Of a stretch of DNA of 59,466 bases, positions 1 through 10,077 are shown piece after piece (position 1 is the first letter of the stretch; each line of letters begins with the position of its first letter). The notes beneath the pieces were generated by a model. The model made no database searches and had not been told where the DNA came from. It saw only the letters and a program-made list of their open reading frames with translations. The DNA is from Fibrobacteria bacterium (GTDB taxonomy: Bacteria > Fibrobacterota > Chitinivibrionia > Chitinivibrionales > FEN-1185): contig JBBIGR010000032.1 of the NCBI GenBank assembly GCA_037447435.1, positions 1 through 59,466 of the forward strand, given 5' to 3'. Position numbers and translations under genes: made by a program.

Positions 1-303
1 CGGTGTTACTTAGCACAGAGCATTAAATGGTCTCATTAATATAGTCAGAGAGGGAGCAATTGCACCATGCTTGCAATACATTAGAATTAATAAAACGAAC
101 GAAAAGATATTTAGCATTGAATTATTTCCTTTTTCTTTCTTTTCAAATATTCACGAGGGACTAGATTTAAGCCCGAATGTTCAAATAAACATATACTTAA
201 GAGAATGATAACAAAAACAACATCAGTTGTTATATATCCTCTAGCGAAGACACGCCACCGGCCAATTGGCACTAAGTTAGGCCCCATAAAAGGAAAGGCA
301 AAA

Positions 304-630
304 ATGAAAACCATTTTCCTTTTTTCAATTATTATACTTTGTTCGTTTCTATTATTTTGTGAAAAGCAACATACATTTTCGGATGAAATCAAACTGCAAT
401 TCATAATTAAAGCAACGGTTCCGGACAGCTTAAATAAAAATTGCTGGTTTAATGTTGTCGAAACAACCAAGAATAATACCTTTTGCGTATTTGCAGTAAA
501 AGAAATTGAAGGAAGTTATTATTTACCAAGTATGAGCAGGGGAATAAAAAAGGTCTTGGGGTTCAATCTTGGCATTTATGCCAATCGCAACTCATTTTTC
601 AACCGGACACATTACGAGCACACTACTTAG
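304..630 (+). CDS. Hypothetical protein with signal-peptide/lipoprotein-like N-terminus, possibly truncated
   Basis: Internal ATG of ORF 205..630, preceded by purine-rich AAAAGGAAAGG. N-terminus is MKTIFLFSIIILCSFLLFC. The 3' end overlaps the convergent gene by 8 nt. Confidence 0.4.
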   Translation: MKTIFLFSIIILCSFLLFCEKQHTFSDEIKLQFIIKATVPDSLNKNCWFNVVETTKNNTFCVFAVKEIEGSYYLPSMSRGIKKVLGFNLGIYANRNSFFNRTHYEHTT

Positions 631-1075
631 TTGTTTTTTCTTCCAGTAACTCTTCCAGAATTTGGGCCGAGTCGCGAACCAATTGCAGACACAATGTCGT
701 AAAAAGGCCTTTTTCTTTAGCCGCAGAATACCCATCGGCCTTTCCCAAATCGTAACCGAGCAATTCCGTGCAATTGAGTGAACCGTTCTTTGCAACAAAC
801 CTTTTTGCAAATTCCTGAGTTTTGGAATAGGTAATGTCTTTTGCCTCGATATCGCTTGGATTGCTTCTACCATAGGCAAGCCCAAGCACCATGAAAGCCC
901 CGGTTACTGCGCCACACGTAAGACCAAGTCTACCACACCCGCCGCCAAAGGCGCAGGAGGTTTTGAGCGCAGTCTGTTGATCCATACCGAACGTTTCACT
1001 GAAACCCGCGAATATGGCCTGGGAGCATGTAAACGTCTTTTTGTAAAGATCAACTGCGTTATTGGTGTTTGTCAT
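623..1075 (-). CDS. C_GCAxxG_C_C family putative redox protein
   Basis: Motifs TCSQA, GGGCGR..TCGAVTGA, SLNCTELLG and a C-terminal C match this family. Confidence 0.85.
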   Translation of the reverse strand: MTNTNNAVDLYKKTFTCSQAIFAGFSETFGMDQQTALKTSCAFGGGCGRLGLTCGAVTGAFMVLGLAYGRSNPSDIEAKDITYSKTQEFAKRFVAKNGSLNCTELLGYDLGKADGYSAAKEKGLFTTLCLQLVRDSAQILEELLEEKTTK

Positions 1076-1332
1076 GTTTTATCCTTTGCAGGTTGGCATT
1101 TATGCATACCGGAATAAATTACATCCGCTGTAATTTCGAAGTAAAGCCCTGCTGCGGCGGAAATTAAAGCTATTTAAAATAAATACACAGCTTTCCGTTT
1201 GAGCCCGAAACATCCTTTATTTGAATGTTTTCTCACAGAAAACAGTTTTTCCTCAAAACCCAACTTTTTCTCTACCAACAGTATAAATTTTAATAGTAAC
1301 GGTAAAGGCATTAAGGTGGAAAAGGAGGACTT

Positions 1333-2310
1333 ATGATCCGTATAAAGCTTATTCTTATAATAGCAATGTTAGTGTCGGTTAATTCTTTTTCTGAAATTGC
1401 AGTTGGAGATACGTTTTACTTTTCCGCCAGCTTTACTGATTTCACCGGTATGAGCGGCGAAGCAACTAATGTCACTGAGGTTCTCGATTCTATCAAACAA
1501 ACGCCCGACACTATTTTGTATGTCTATAAAATTACGAATTTACTAACAACAGGTTTTTTTGAAAACGGGCGGCAACTTTTGTATCTCGTCAAGGATACCA
1601 ATAGAAAAAGATTGACAATAACATCTTCGACACCACACGAAATCTCTCATATCACTTCAAATATCCTTGGATCGAAATGGATAATAGGTAGGCTTTCGGA
1701 TTTTATTTTCTTTCCTGACCTTCAAAAAATAGCGCCGTATGCTTATATTCCTGTTCTGCCAAACGGAAAGACATTTCAAAAATATGATACGTATACGGTA
1801 AGAGTAAACGATACATCCGGCATAGTTTGGAGCTACGATTCAATCAAACAAAGTAATTCGGGGAAAAAATTCGTAGGACATCTTGTAAAGTATCAAAACA
1901 AAACTGATTCTTCCGGAAAAATTATTCCTGATTCCTCAATATTTTCATCAAGAGACGATAATCTTAGCTGGCAAACATCGGATCCTACCTCTTTTTTGCC
2001 GCTTAGCATTACCGCATCAAGAATTTGCATGCCATTGGCAAACGATAAATTAACCATGGATTATGGCATTTTGGGTGGCGGTGGTTTTTATAGCGCCGCA
2101 ATAATTAATTACAAAAAGCCTAATTACTCTTCGATAATTTACAATTTCAATAGACGAGTTATTCCAATTGAATCGGGCAAAACGATCCGATATGATGTAT
2201 TGGGAAGAATAGTAACCCCGTCGAGGGAAACAAAATGTAACAAATTAATACTATTAAAATCACCAAAACAGGGTTTTGGATATTCAAATAAAATAATCCT
2301 TACAAAATAA
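1333..2310 (+). CDS. Secreted hypothetical protein with basic C-terminal sorting-like tail
   Basis: SD AGGAGG, signal peptide MIRIKLILIIAMLVSVNSFS, C-terminal YDVLGRIV followed by a basic tail. Confidence 0.75.
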   Translation: MIRIKLILIIAMLVSVNSFSEIAVGDTFYFSASFTDFTGMSGEATNVTEVLDSIKQTPDTILYVYKITNLLTTGFFENGRQLLYLVKDTNRKRLTITSSTPHEISHITSNILGSKWIIGRLSDFIFFPDLQKIAPYAYIPVLPNGKTFQKYDTYTVRVNDTSGIVWSYDSIKQSNSGKKFVGHLVKYQNKTDSSGKIIPDSSIFSSRDDNLSWQTSDPTSFLPLSITASRICMPLANDKLTMDYGILGGGGFYSAAIINYKKPNYSSIIYNFNRRVIPIESGKTIRYDVLGRIVTPSRETKCNKLILLKSPKQGFGYSNKIILTK

Positions 2311-2379
2311 AACTGGACAAAATCATAATTTCAGAGACTTTGAAACATAATAATTACCGATACCGAAGGGAATAAAAAG

Positions 2380-2414
2380 AAAAGCCCACTATTTTCGATA
2401 TATTGGGCTTTTTT
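2380..2414. terminator. Bidirectional intrinsic terminator between the secreted protein and tRNA-His
   Basis: AAAAGCCCA...TGGGCTTTT inverted repeat with flanking A and T runs, between convergent genes. Confidence 0.65.
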
Positions 2415-2445
2415 GCGCAGAATCGCGGTTTTTCCGCGAATTTAG

Positions 2446-2523
2446 TGGGGTGGCTAACCGGACTCGAACCGGCAACAACTGGAACCACAATCCAGTGCTC
2501 TAACCAATTGAACTATAGCCACC
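2446..2523 (-). tRNA. tRNA-His(GTG) with encoded G-1 and CCA
   Basis: Reverse complement GGTGGCTATAGTTCAATTGGTTAGAGCACTGGATTGTGGTTCCAG...GGTTCGAGTCCGGTTAGCCACCCCA folds as a cloverleaf with anticodon GTG and discriminator C. Confidence 0.97.
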
Positions 2524-2584
2524 ACAAAACATTGACACTCGACAGGCTCCGTGCCCCGATTAAGGGCCTTAGGAGCCGTGTAAT

Positions 2585-3514
2585 TTACTTATCTAAGATC
2601 GCATCACCCCAGGTGCCTGGAATGAAATATTGGGCCTTTTCCGGCGATGCAGCGAGTACTTTGTTTTTGTCGTCGGCAACGAACGCTGCGAACCCGAAAA
2701 TGCGGTCGTCGTTAGCAATGAGCCCGAGATCGAACCAGGGAACGACGATAACTACGAACTTGGAATCGGAATATTTCTTGATTTCGTTTTGCCATCCGAC
2801 AATCGCATAGTTGAGCGTGTCGTTGATGGAGGCACGTTCGGCAAGCACGGTTGCCAATGAATCGTTTGCCTGGAATAATTCGACCGTACGATCGGGATGC
2901 GACAAGAACGCGTTCTTGCCGTTTTTGCCGTCGATGGCGAACTTGACCGCGTCTTTCGACGCGCCCTTGGCAACAACGATCGTAAGCGCCTTAGGACCCC
3001 AGACCAGACCGAACTGCGTACCCTTGACATTGACCAGTTTCGCAGTCGCGGCAACGGTCGCGAAATTCTTGTCTGTCACTTCATCTTTGATTTTAGCAAT
3101 ATGCAACTGCTCCCCCTTGGGCATTTTGTCGAGATTGACAATACCGAAAGGCATGAGCGTTCCTTTGTCTTTGGTTCCGGGAATAGACCAGTCTATACGG
3201 AGGAAATCTTTTCCGCCAAGGCACGCCGACGAGGCGCTGCCGAGGTTGAATTCCTGCGTGTAATCGGTCACTTTGAACGATTTCGTTGCAATGGCCTTTT
3301 TCTTGCCCGCTTCCACTTTGGAAAGTACGAAATCTATTTTCTTTTGCGGGATCTTGGACGTATCGAGCTGCACTTTTGCAACGACGTTGTCGTTACGCTG
3401 GGTTATCCATTGTCCGGGGCTGTTGAAGCTGACGCTTTGGCTCATTGCAGAGCCGCAGAAACACAAAGCACAGAAAAGACCCAAAACGGATTTTGTCGTC
3501 GTGTTCATTCGCAT
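2585..3514 (-). CDS. Secreted hypothetical protein, C-terminal DOMON/CBM9-like beta-sandwich
   Basis: 309 aa with a signal peptide. C-terminal VPWFDLG..IFGFAAFVAD..PGTWGDAIL resembles CBM9/DOMON-like domains (judged by eye). Confidence 0.7.
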   Translation of the reverse strand: MRMNTTTKSVLGLFCALCFCGSAMSQSVSFNSPGQWITQRNDNVVAKVQLDTSKIPQKKIDFVLSKVEAGKKKAIATKSFKVTDYTQEFNLGSASSACLGGKDFLRIDWSIPGTKDKGTLMPFGIVNLDKMPKGEQLHIAKIKDEVTDKNFATVAATAKLVNVKGTQFGLVWGPKALTIVVAKGASKDAVKFAIDGKNGKNAFLSHPDRTVELFQANDSLATVLAERASINDTLNYAIVGWQNEIKKYSDSKFVVIVVPWFDLGLIANDDRIFGFAAFVADDKNKVLAASPEKAQYFIPGTWGDAILDK

Positions 3515-3598
3515 TCTTCGTCTCCTGTTTTTTCCGGCAATCCCGGTTTTACATGTGTGATCTGGTTTTCGCGTAATTATGCGCGTAAAACTTTTAAA

Positions 3599-3627
3599 AA
3601 TATAACTCGCGCATCGCTCTTTTTCAA
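3599..3627 (-). promoter_or_regulatory. Putative sigma70 promoter for the 309-aa gene and tRNA-His
   Basis: Minus strand TTGAAA-17 nt-TATATT, abutting the rplQ terminator. Confidence 0.5.
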
Positions 3628-3670
3628 CATAAAAGGCATAACGGAATTAACCGTCATGCCTTTATATGTT
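3626..3670 (-). terminator. Intrinsic terminator of the alpha operon after rplQ
   Basis: Minus strand GGCATGACGG-TTAATT-CCGTTATGCC followed by TTTTATGTT. Confidence 0.75.
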
Positions 3671-3684
3671 TTTATCGTATGAAA

Positions 3685-4293
3685 TTAAGACGGTTTCTTT
3701 TTTGTCTCTTTTGCCGCCTTAGGCTCTTTGGCAGTCTTATCGCCGGCATCCGCTTTTTTCGCTGCTTTAGGCGCTTTTGCCTTAGGCTTTTTTACTTCGG
3801 CCGTTTCTTTTCCTTCTTCTGTCTTAGGAACTTCTTCGAATTTTGCATCGGAAATCGCCGCAGGCGCTTTTCCGGTTGCATCGGGCGTTGCCGCGGCGCG
3901 GTTCTTTTTCTTACGTGCCTGGGCAAGTTCCTGGCTATTGCGTCCGGTAAGTTCGATAATACATTGCGAAGCATTATCGCCGGGACGTACGCCGAGCTTA
4001 AGGATGCGGGTGTATCCGCCTTCGCGTCCTTTGAACGACGGAGCAATATCCGTAAACAATTTTTTGAGAATTGTTTTATCTCGAACGGTTTTGGCAGCAA
4101 TGCGCATGCTGTGAACATCGCCTTTTTTCGCAAAGGTTATAAGGCGCTCTACAACGCCGCGTACGACTTTTGCTTTCGGAAGAGTCGTGATGACATGTTC
4201 CTTGTCGAGAATTGACATGGAAAGATTGGAAAGCATCGCCTTGCGATGGCTTGCCGTCTTGTTGAGCTTATTGACACTATTCAAATGACGCAT
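3685..4293 (-). CDS. rplQ: 50S ribosomal protein L17 with long K/A/E-rich C-terminal extension
   Basis: MRH..KL...SHRKAML, ITTLPKAK, GGYTRILK motifs, and position after rpoA. Confidence 0.98.
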   Translation of the reverse strand: MRHLNSVNKLNKTASHRKAMLSNLSMSILDKEHVITTLPKAKVVRGVVERLITFAKKGDVHSMRIAAKTVRDKTILKKLFTDIAPSFKGREGGYTRILKLGVRPGDNASQCIIELTGRNSQELAQARKKKNRAAATPDATGKAPAAISDAKFEEVPKTEEGKETAEVKKPKAKAPKAAKKADAGDKTAKEPKAAKETKKKPS

Positions 4294-4395
4294 GGCTGTT
4301 TTTTCCCTTTATCTGACCTGTCCCCAACCTTTCGCTTTTATAAGGAAAGATTGGGAATAGTTTTTTTAACTTTATGATACGATTTTAAAAACTTT

Positions 4396-5385
4396 TTACT
4401 TTTCCACAACTTCGGCAACGGCGAACTTTTCCACGTCCATACCGAAGCCAAGGCCCAAATTACTCAGAATCTGGTTAAGCTCGATGAGAGACTTGCGACC
4501 AAAATTCTTGTACTTGAGCATATCGGATTCCTGGTTCTTGACAAGATCGGCAAGCGTATGGATATTCGCCGCACGCAGGCAATTCGCCGAACGTACGGAA
4601 AGTTCCAATTCGTCGACGCGCATCTTGAGAAGACCGCGGAGCTTGTCGGCCTTTTCGTCTTTGATGGATTCTTCGACCGGTTCCAAATCGCCTTCGAAAT
4701 TGATGAAAATTCCAAGATGATCTGAATGCAATTTTGCCGCATAGGCAATTGCGTCTTCCGGGGAAATGCTTCCATCGGTCCAGATGTCGATAATGAGCTT
4801 GTCGAGGTCGGTACGTTGACCAACACGAGCGCTTTCGACGGTGTAATTGACTTTTGTGCAAGGCGAAAACAACGCGTCGATCGCGATGGAGCCGATAGGA
4901 TCGTCGTCACGCTTGTTCATTTCGGCAGCAACATAGCCGCGGCCGTCGGAAACGCGCATTTCGATCTTGAGCTTTGCATCGGAATTGATAGTTGCGATAT
5001 GTAAATCGGGATTTAAAATATCGACGTCGGGGTTCTTTTCGATGTCCCCGGCCTTGACCGCACCTTCGCCGCTTACTTCCAGACGAAGCGTTGCATCTTC
5101 GTTGCTGTTAAGCTTAACACGAAGCTTCTTGATGTTCAATATGATATCGGTGACGTCCTCAACCACACCTTCGACCGTCGAATACTCATGCGACGTATTT
5201 GCGATGCGAACGGAAATGACCGCCGCTCCCTGCAAAGACGACAAAAGTATGCGGCGTAACGAATTTCCGATGGTATGTCCCCATCCGCGCTCGAGCGGTT
5301 CAACGACCACGCGACCGTAATGTGCGATAGCATCAGGATTTTCGATCTTGATGGCTTTGGGCATCAACAGGCTTTTCCACTTCAT
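4396..5385 (-). CDS. rpoA: RNA polymerase alpha subunit
   Basis: EPLERGWGHTIGNSLRRILLSS, LELSVRSANCL, KNFGRKSL. Confidence 0.99.
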   Translation of the reverse strand: MKWKSLLMPKAIKIENPDAIAHYGRVVVEPLERGWGHTIGNSLRRILLSSLQGAAVISVRIANTSHEYSTVEGVVEDVTDIILNIKKLRVKLNSNEDATLRLEVSGEGAVKAGDIEKNPDVDILNPDLHIATINSDAKLKIEMRVSDGRGYVAAEMNKRDDDPIGSIAIDALFSPCTKVNYTVESARVGQRTDLDKLIIDIWTDGSISPEDAIAYAAKLHSDHLGIFINFEGDLEPVEESIKDEKADKLRGLLKMRVDELELSVRSANCLRAANIHTLADLVKNQESDMLKYKNFGRKSLIELNQILSNLGLGFGMDVEKFAVAEVVEK

Positions 5386-5403
5386 GTCCCTTGGTCTCCT
5401 CTT

Positions 5404-6027
5404 TTATTTGGAGTACAATTCGACTACTAATTGTTCCTGCACGTCGGCCGGCATTTCGGTACGCGCCGGTTGACGGACGACGGTACCGGCAAGCTGCACT
5501 TTGTCTACGGTCAGCCACTCGGGCGATTCCTTGACATTTTTAAGCGCGCTGTGGATAACGTCGAGCGTTTTGCTCTTTTCCTTGACTGCTACGATATCGC
5601 CCTCTTCGACCAAACGGGACGGCACATTGACTTTTTTTCCGTTGATTGAAAAGTGATTATGCAATACCAGGAGACGGGCGGCACTCCGCGACGGCGCAAA
5701 GCCGAGACGGAACACGACATTGTCGAGCCGCATTTCGAGCATACGCAACAAGTTTTCACCGGTAACACCGTGGCTCTGGGACGCTTTTTTGAAATACGTA
5801 TGGAATTGACCTTCCAAAATTCCGTAAATGCGGCGGATCTTTTGCTTTTCACGCAGCTGCGCATTGTATTCGGAGGTGGAACGTCTTCTCTTTGTCATAC
5901 GCATCCCCGGCGGATACGGTCTGCGTTCTACGCCGCATTTTTCCGATTTGCAGCGTTCGCCTTTGAGCATTAACTTTACCCCTTCCCTCCGGCATTGTCT
6001 GCACCGGGGGCCATGATAAACTGCCAT
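5404..6027 (-). CDS. rpsD: 30S ribosomal protein S4 (Cys-containing, Zn-binding type)
   Basis: CRQCRRE..KL, QLREKQK, LEMRLDNVVFRLG, VVELYSK. Confidence 0.99.
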   Translation of the reverse strand: MAVYHGPRCRQCRREGVKLMLKGERCKSEKCGVERRPYPPGMRMTKRRRSTSEYNAQLREKQKIRRIYGILEGQFHTYFKKASQSHGVTGENLLRMLEMRLDNVVFRLGFAPSRSAARLLVLHNHFSINGKKVNVPSRLVEEGDIVAVKEKSKTLDVIHSALKNVKESPEWLTVDKVQLAGTVVRQPARTEMPADVQEQLVVELYSK

Positions 6028-6107
6028 AGATTGTTTCTCCTTAAATCCGGATTTTTTGGTCTATTAAGCCAATCACCCGAATGGTAACTATATAATAATT
6101 TTTCTTT

Positions 6108-6560
6108 TTATACTCTTCTACGCTTTGGTGGACGACAACCATTGTGCGGAATGGCTGTAAAATCTTTGATTGAAGTGACGCGAAGCCCTGCCGCAGCAAG
6201 TGCGCGGATGGAACTTTCACGGCCGTTTCCTGCGCCCTTGATATGCACTTCAACTTTACGAACGCCTGCATCATAGGCTGCTTTACCGACGACTTCGGCC
6301 GCTATTTGAGCGGCGAACGGCGTGCTTTTTCGCGAGCCCTTGAATCCGCTTTTTCCCGGCGATCCCCAAGCAATGACATTGCCCTGAGAATCGGTGATGT
6401 TGATAAGCGTATTGTTAAACGTCGCACGGACATGCGCAATACCGTCTGCAGATGCGCGTTTTTTGATCTTTTTAGCAGCAGCGGCTTTTTCTTTATCTTT
6501 GCCTTCTGCCTGGCCTTCGGCTTTTCCTTCGGCCTTTTTGTCTTGCTTGTTTTCTGCCAT
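6108..6560 (-). CDS. rpsK: 30S ribosomal protein S11
   Basis: [33 protein letters not shown], plus an N-terminal extension. Confidence 0.99.
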   Translation of the reverse strand: MAENKQDKKAEGKAEGQAEGKDKEKAAAAKKIKKRASADGIAHVRATFNNTLINITDSQGNVIAWGSPGKSGFKGSRKSTPFAAQIAAEVVGKAAYDAGVRKVEVHIKGAGNGRESSIRALAAAGLRVTSIKDFTAIPHNGCRPPKRRRV

Positions 6561-6587
6561 TGTTCACTTACCCCTTATGATCGGTTA

Positions 6588-6971
6588 TTATCCTTTAGAC
6601 GGCGCTTTTTTCTTACCCGCAATGGTCTTACGAGGACCTTTACGTGTGCGAGCATTCGTACGACTACGCTGGCCGCGAACCGGCAAGTTCTTCCGATGAC
6701 GAAGACCGCGATAGCAACCGATGTCCATGAGGCGCTTGATGTTCATGCGAACGTTCGCGCGAAGGTTGCCTTCAACTGAGAATTCGCTGTCGATGATCTT
6801 TCTGATCCGATCGAGTTCTTCCTCGGAACAGTCGCGTACTTTTTTGTTTTTGTCTACATTCGCCTTCGCGCAAATATCAAGCGATGACGGATGGCCGATA
6901 CCAAAGATATAGGTGAGAGCTATCTCGCACCTTTTATTGTTCGGTATTTCTACTCCTGCTACACGTGCCAC
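6588..6971 (-). CDS. rpsM: 30S ribosomal protein S13
   Basis: [36 protein letters not shown] start with SD AAGGAG. Confidence 0.99.
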   Translation of the reverse strand: MARVAGVEIPNNKRCEIALTYIFGIGHPSSLDICAKANVDKNKKVRDCSEEELDRIRKIIDSEFSVEGNLRANVRMNIKRLMDIGCYRGLRHRKNLPVRGQRSRTNARTRKGPRKTIAGKKKAPSKG

Positions 6972-7071
6972 TTATGTGACTCCTTTCGGCGATTCGCCGT
7001 CCCCTTCGGGGGCGCCGCGATCACCTTCTAAATACTTTATTTTATGGATTCAACCATGTTGTATGGACTTC

Positions 7072-7188
7072 TTAACCCTGACGCTGCTTGTGTTTAGCAT
7101 TCTTGGAACAGATCACGCGTACGATTCCCCTACGCTTGATTACCTTGCAGCCGTTGCATAATTTTTTTACTGACGCTCTTACTTTCAA
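7072..7188 (-). CDS. rpmJ: 50S ribosomal protein L36 (not in ORF track)
   Basis: Translated by hand from [49 protein letters not shown] upstream. Confidence 0.97.
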   Translation of the reverse strand: MKVRASVKKLCNGCKVIKRRGIVRVICSKNAKHKQRQG

Positions 7189-7218
7189 AGTAAACTCCTG
7201 AAAAATTAAAACTCGTAT

Positions 7219-7437
7219 TTACTTATATCTGTATGTTATTCTTCCCCGAGTCAAATCGTAGGGGGAAAGCTCTATCAGCACTTTATCTCCGGGCAATATC
7301 CGGATGTAATTCATTCTCATTTTGCCCGAAATATGGGCCAATATCACATGTTTATTTTCCAGCTCGACATGAAAGGACGCATTTGGCAGGGTCTCGACTA
7401 TCGTACCTTCGACCTGGATTGATTCCTGCTTTGCCAT
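7219..7437 (-). CDS. infA: Translation initiation factor IF-1
   Basis: [34 protein letters not shown]. Confidence 0.99.
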   Translation of the reverse strand: MAKQESIQVEGTIVETLPNASFHVELENKHVILAHISGKMRMNYIRILPGDKVLIELSPYDLTRGRITYRYK

Positions 7438-7556
7438 TCTTGTTCACATCCCTATTGGAAAAGAAAAACACCAATTAGCATCTACATATGTAAATCATCT
7501 GCGTTTTTCGCAGATAATAATCTCAACTTTAGCAATCCACCAACGAAACAGGCGGG

Positions 7557-8882
7557 TTAGAACGTACGCCTGCCGCGAAGTTTTCCTTTTTTGAGGAACC
7601 CTTCGTAGTTGTGCATTTGCAAATGATACTCAAGCTGCTGCAACGTATCGAGCGCAACGCCGACGACGATAAGCACGCTGGTACCGCCGAAATAAAACGT
7701 CACGTTGAACCCGCCCATGATAAGGAAAGGAACAACGGCGATAAAAGCCAAAAACACTGATCCGGGAAATGTGATACGAGTCAAGACGCTGTCTAGAAAC
7801 TCGGCAGTCTTTTTTCCAGGACGAATACCAGGGATAAAGCCGCCAGACTTTTTAAGATTGTCGGCAATGTCCATGGGATTGAAAATGATCGCAGTGTAAA
7901 AATACGTGAAAAATATGATAAGTAGTGCATATAATGCATCATGAACAGGTTTTCCCGGCAAAAACAGGTTGGTAAAATCTTCCATACCCTGGGATTCGGG
8001 GAAAAAGTTCTTGAGCATGCTCGGCAAAAACATGAGCGACGATGCGAAAATGATGGGTATGACGCCTGCCATATTTACCCGTAACGGAAGTACGGTGTTT
8101 TGACCCGCATACATTTTTGTTCCCACGACTTTTTTAGGAGTTTGAATGGGAATGCGGCGTGTTGCCTGCGTCATCATGACGATGAACGCAGTCATGGCGA
8201 AAATGATGCCGAGAACGATGAGTTCGACAAACACATTGCGGGTTCCGGCGATTATCTGCTGCACTTCGGCAATGACTGCGCGAGGCAGCCGGTCTACGAT
8301 CCCGATGAAAATGATGAACGATATGCCGTTGCCGATACCGCGATTGGTGATTTGTTCGCCGAGCCACATGATGAAAATTGTACCGGTTGTCAAACTGATT
8401 GCGGTGACTATGGTGAAAATCGGACCTTGTATCGATGAAAGTACCGCATGCTGCCCGGTGGAAGGCGAAACGATGCTTTGAAGGAAAACGCTAACGCCGA
8501 TGGCCTGAACAAAGGAAAGAATGACCGTGCCGTACCGGGTGTACTGCGTGATCTTTTTCTTGCCTTCCCCGCCTTCGCGTTGCAGTTTATGAAAATACGG
8601 GAACACCGTTGCGAGCAACTGTATAATAATGGAAGCGCTGATATACGGCATAACTCCCATTGCAAATACGGTCGCCTTACCGAAGCTTCCTCCAACAAAC
8701 ATGTCGTATAAACCGAAAAGACTGTTTTTGGAATTTGCCCAGAACTCGGCAAGAACAGCGGAATTTATACCTGGCGTGGGAATATGTCCGCCCACGCGGT
8801 ATATAAAAACCATAAAAAGTGTGAACAACACTTTTTTACGGAGGTCCGGTATTTTAAAAACGTTTTGAAATGTCTCAAGCAC
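7557..8882 (-). CDS. secY: Preprotein translocase subunit SecY
   Basis: GVMPYISASII, WLGEQIT..GIGNGIS, GVIPIIFASS, GGFIPGIRPG. Confidence 0.99.
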   Translation of the reverse strand: MLETFQNVFKIPDLRKKVLFTLFMVFIYRVGGHIPTPGINSAVLAEFWANSKNSLFGLYDMFVGGSFGKATVFAMGVMPYISASIIIQLLATVFPYFHKLQREGGEGKKKITQYTRYGTVILSFVQAIGVSVFLQSIVSPSTGQHAVLSSIQGPIFTIVTAISLTTGTIFIMWLGEQITNRGIGNGISFIIFIGIVDRLPRAVIAEVQQIIAGTRNVFVELIVLGIIFAMTAFIVMMTQATRRIPIQTPKKVVGTKMYAGQNTVLPLRVNMAGVIPIIFASSLMFLPSMLKNFFPESQGMEDFTNLFLPGKPVHDALYALLIIFFTYFYTAIIFNPMDIADNLKKSGGFIPGIRPGKKTAEFLDSVLTRITFPGSVFLAFIAVVPFLIMGGFNVTFYFGGTSVLIVVGVALDTLQQLEYHLQMHNYEGFLKKGKLRGRRTF

Positions 8883-9327
8883 TGGCGATTACCTCCGCTT
8901 TACCTTTTGCCTTTTCGATTTTTTCGCGAGCCGATTTGGAAAACGCATTCGCCTTGACCGTGATTGCTTTGGTGACGTCGCCGTTGCCGAGCACCTTGAC
9001 AAGTCCGTCCGCTTTGCGGATAAGACCGCTTTCGCAAAGGAATTGGGCGGTGACTTCTTTATCGGCGGCGGCGATCTTTTCGATGTCGCCGAGATTGACA
9101 ACTTGATAACAAACGCCGAAGATATTGTTGAAACCGCGTTTTGGAATACGGCGGGTAAGCGGAGTTTGTCCGCCCTCGAAGTACAACTTTTTCTTTGTAC
9201 CGCTCCGGCTGCCCGCACCTTTGTGCCCGCGACCGGCAGTTTTACCGTTTCCGCTTCCGATACCGCGTCCGCGACGCTTGGTCCCACGGTTGGATCCTTT
9301 TGCAGGCTTTAATTCGTTGAGATTCAT
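8875..9327 (-). CDS. rplO: 50S ribosomal protein L15
   Basis: RGRGIGSGNGKTAGRGHKG, FEGGQTPL.RRIPKRGF. Confidence 0.99.
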   Translation of the reverse strand: MNLNELKPAKGSNRGTKRRGRGIGSGNGKTAGRGHKGAGSRSGTKKKLYFEGGQTPLTRRIPKRGFNNIFGVCYQVVNLGDIEKIAAADKEVTAQFLCESGLIRKADGLVKVLGNGDVTKAITVKANAFSKSAREKIEKAKGKAEVIASA

Positions 9328-9527
9328 TACTTGCTCCCGCCTTCCTTGACTTCGGAAACTTCGACCAAATGCCGTACCGCAACGACCATACCACGGATGC
9401 TTGCATTGTCGGGATATATACGTTTGTGATTGATCTTGCGCAGGCCGAGTGCGACGAGCGTCTTTTTTTGTGACGCGAGCGCGCCGATACTGCTCTTAAC
9501 TTGCTTAATTTGAATCTTTGTTGCCAT
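9327..9527 (-). CDS. rpmD: 50S ribosomal protein L30
   Basis: KSSIG..QKKTL.ALGLRK, RGMV..VRHLV, and position. Confidence 0.97.
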   Translation of the reverse strand: MATKIQIKQVKSSIGALASQKKTLVALGLRKINHKRIYPDNASIRGMVVAVRHLVEVSEVKEGGSK

Positions 9528-9543
9528 TATTTCCTCGTATTAA

Positions 9544-10077
9544 TTATGCTTTTGCCGTCTCGGGAATCTGGCGAAGCGCCCTGATTTGATCGCGAGTCTT
9601 AAGGCGCAAAAGCCCGTTCATGGTGGCCTTTACAACATTGTGCGCATTTGTCGTACCGATGCATTTGGTAAGAATATTTTTAACGCCTACCAGTTCGAGC
9701 ACCGCACGTGCCGGTCCGCCTGCGATTACTCCGGTACCGGGACCTGCCGGCTTAAGGAGAATTTCGCCCGCGCCGAACGTGCCGATGATCTCATGCGGTA
9801 TAGTCCCTTTGACAATCGAGACAAACACGATGTTCTTTTTTGCGTTTTCAACAGCTTTACGAATCGCATCGGTCACATCGTTGGCCTTGCCCATGCCGAT
9901 GCCGACTTTGCCATTCTGATCGCCCACGGCAACCAACGCGTTGAAACCGAAACGACGTCCGCCTTTGACCACCTTGGCGACCCTGGTGACTCCAATTAAC
10001 CGGTCGGTAAACTGCTTTGCTTCTTCGCCAGCTACCGATGAATTTGCTTCTTTATCCAATTCGCTCTCCTTACGCAT
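9544..10077 (-). CDS. rpsE: 30S ribosomal protein S5
   Basis: [26 protein letters not shown]. Confidence 0.99.
   Translation of the reverse strand: MRKESELDKEANSSVAGEEAKQFTDRLIGVTRVAKVVKGGRRFGFNALVAVGDQNGKVGIGMGKANDVTDAIRKAVENAKKNIVFVSIVKGTIPHEIIGTFGAGEILLKPAGPGTGVIAGGPARAVLELVGVKNILTKCIGTTNAHNVVKATMNGLLRLKTRDQIRALRQIPETAKA

Noticed and set aside
2897..3682. 261-aa plus-strand ORF
   Set aside because: Antisense to the 309-aa secreted protein, and runs through a promoter and a terminator.
7438..7556. Absence of adk/map between secY and infA as a novelty
   Set aside because: This gene order varies widely among bacteria and is not informative alone.
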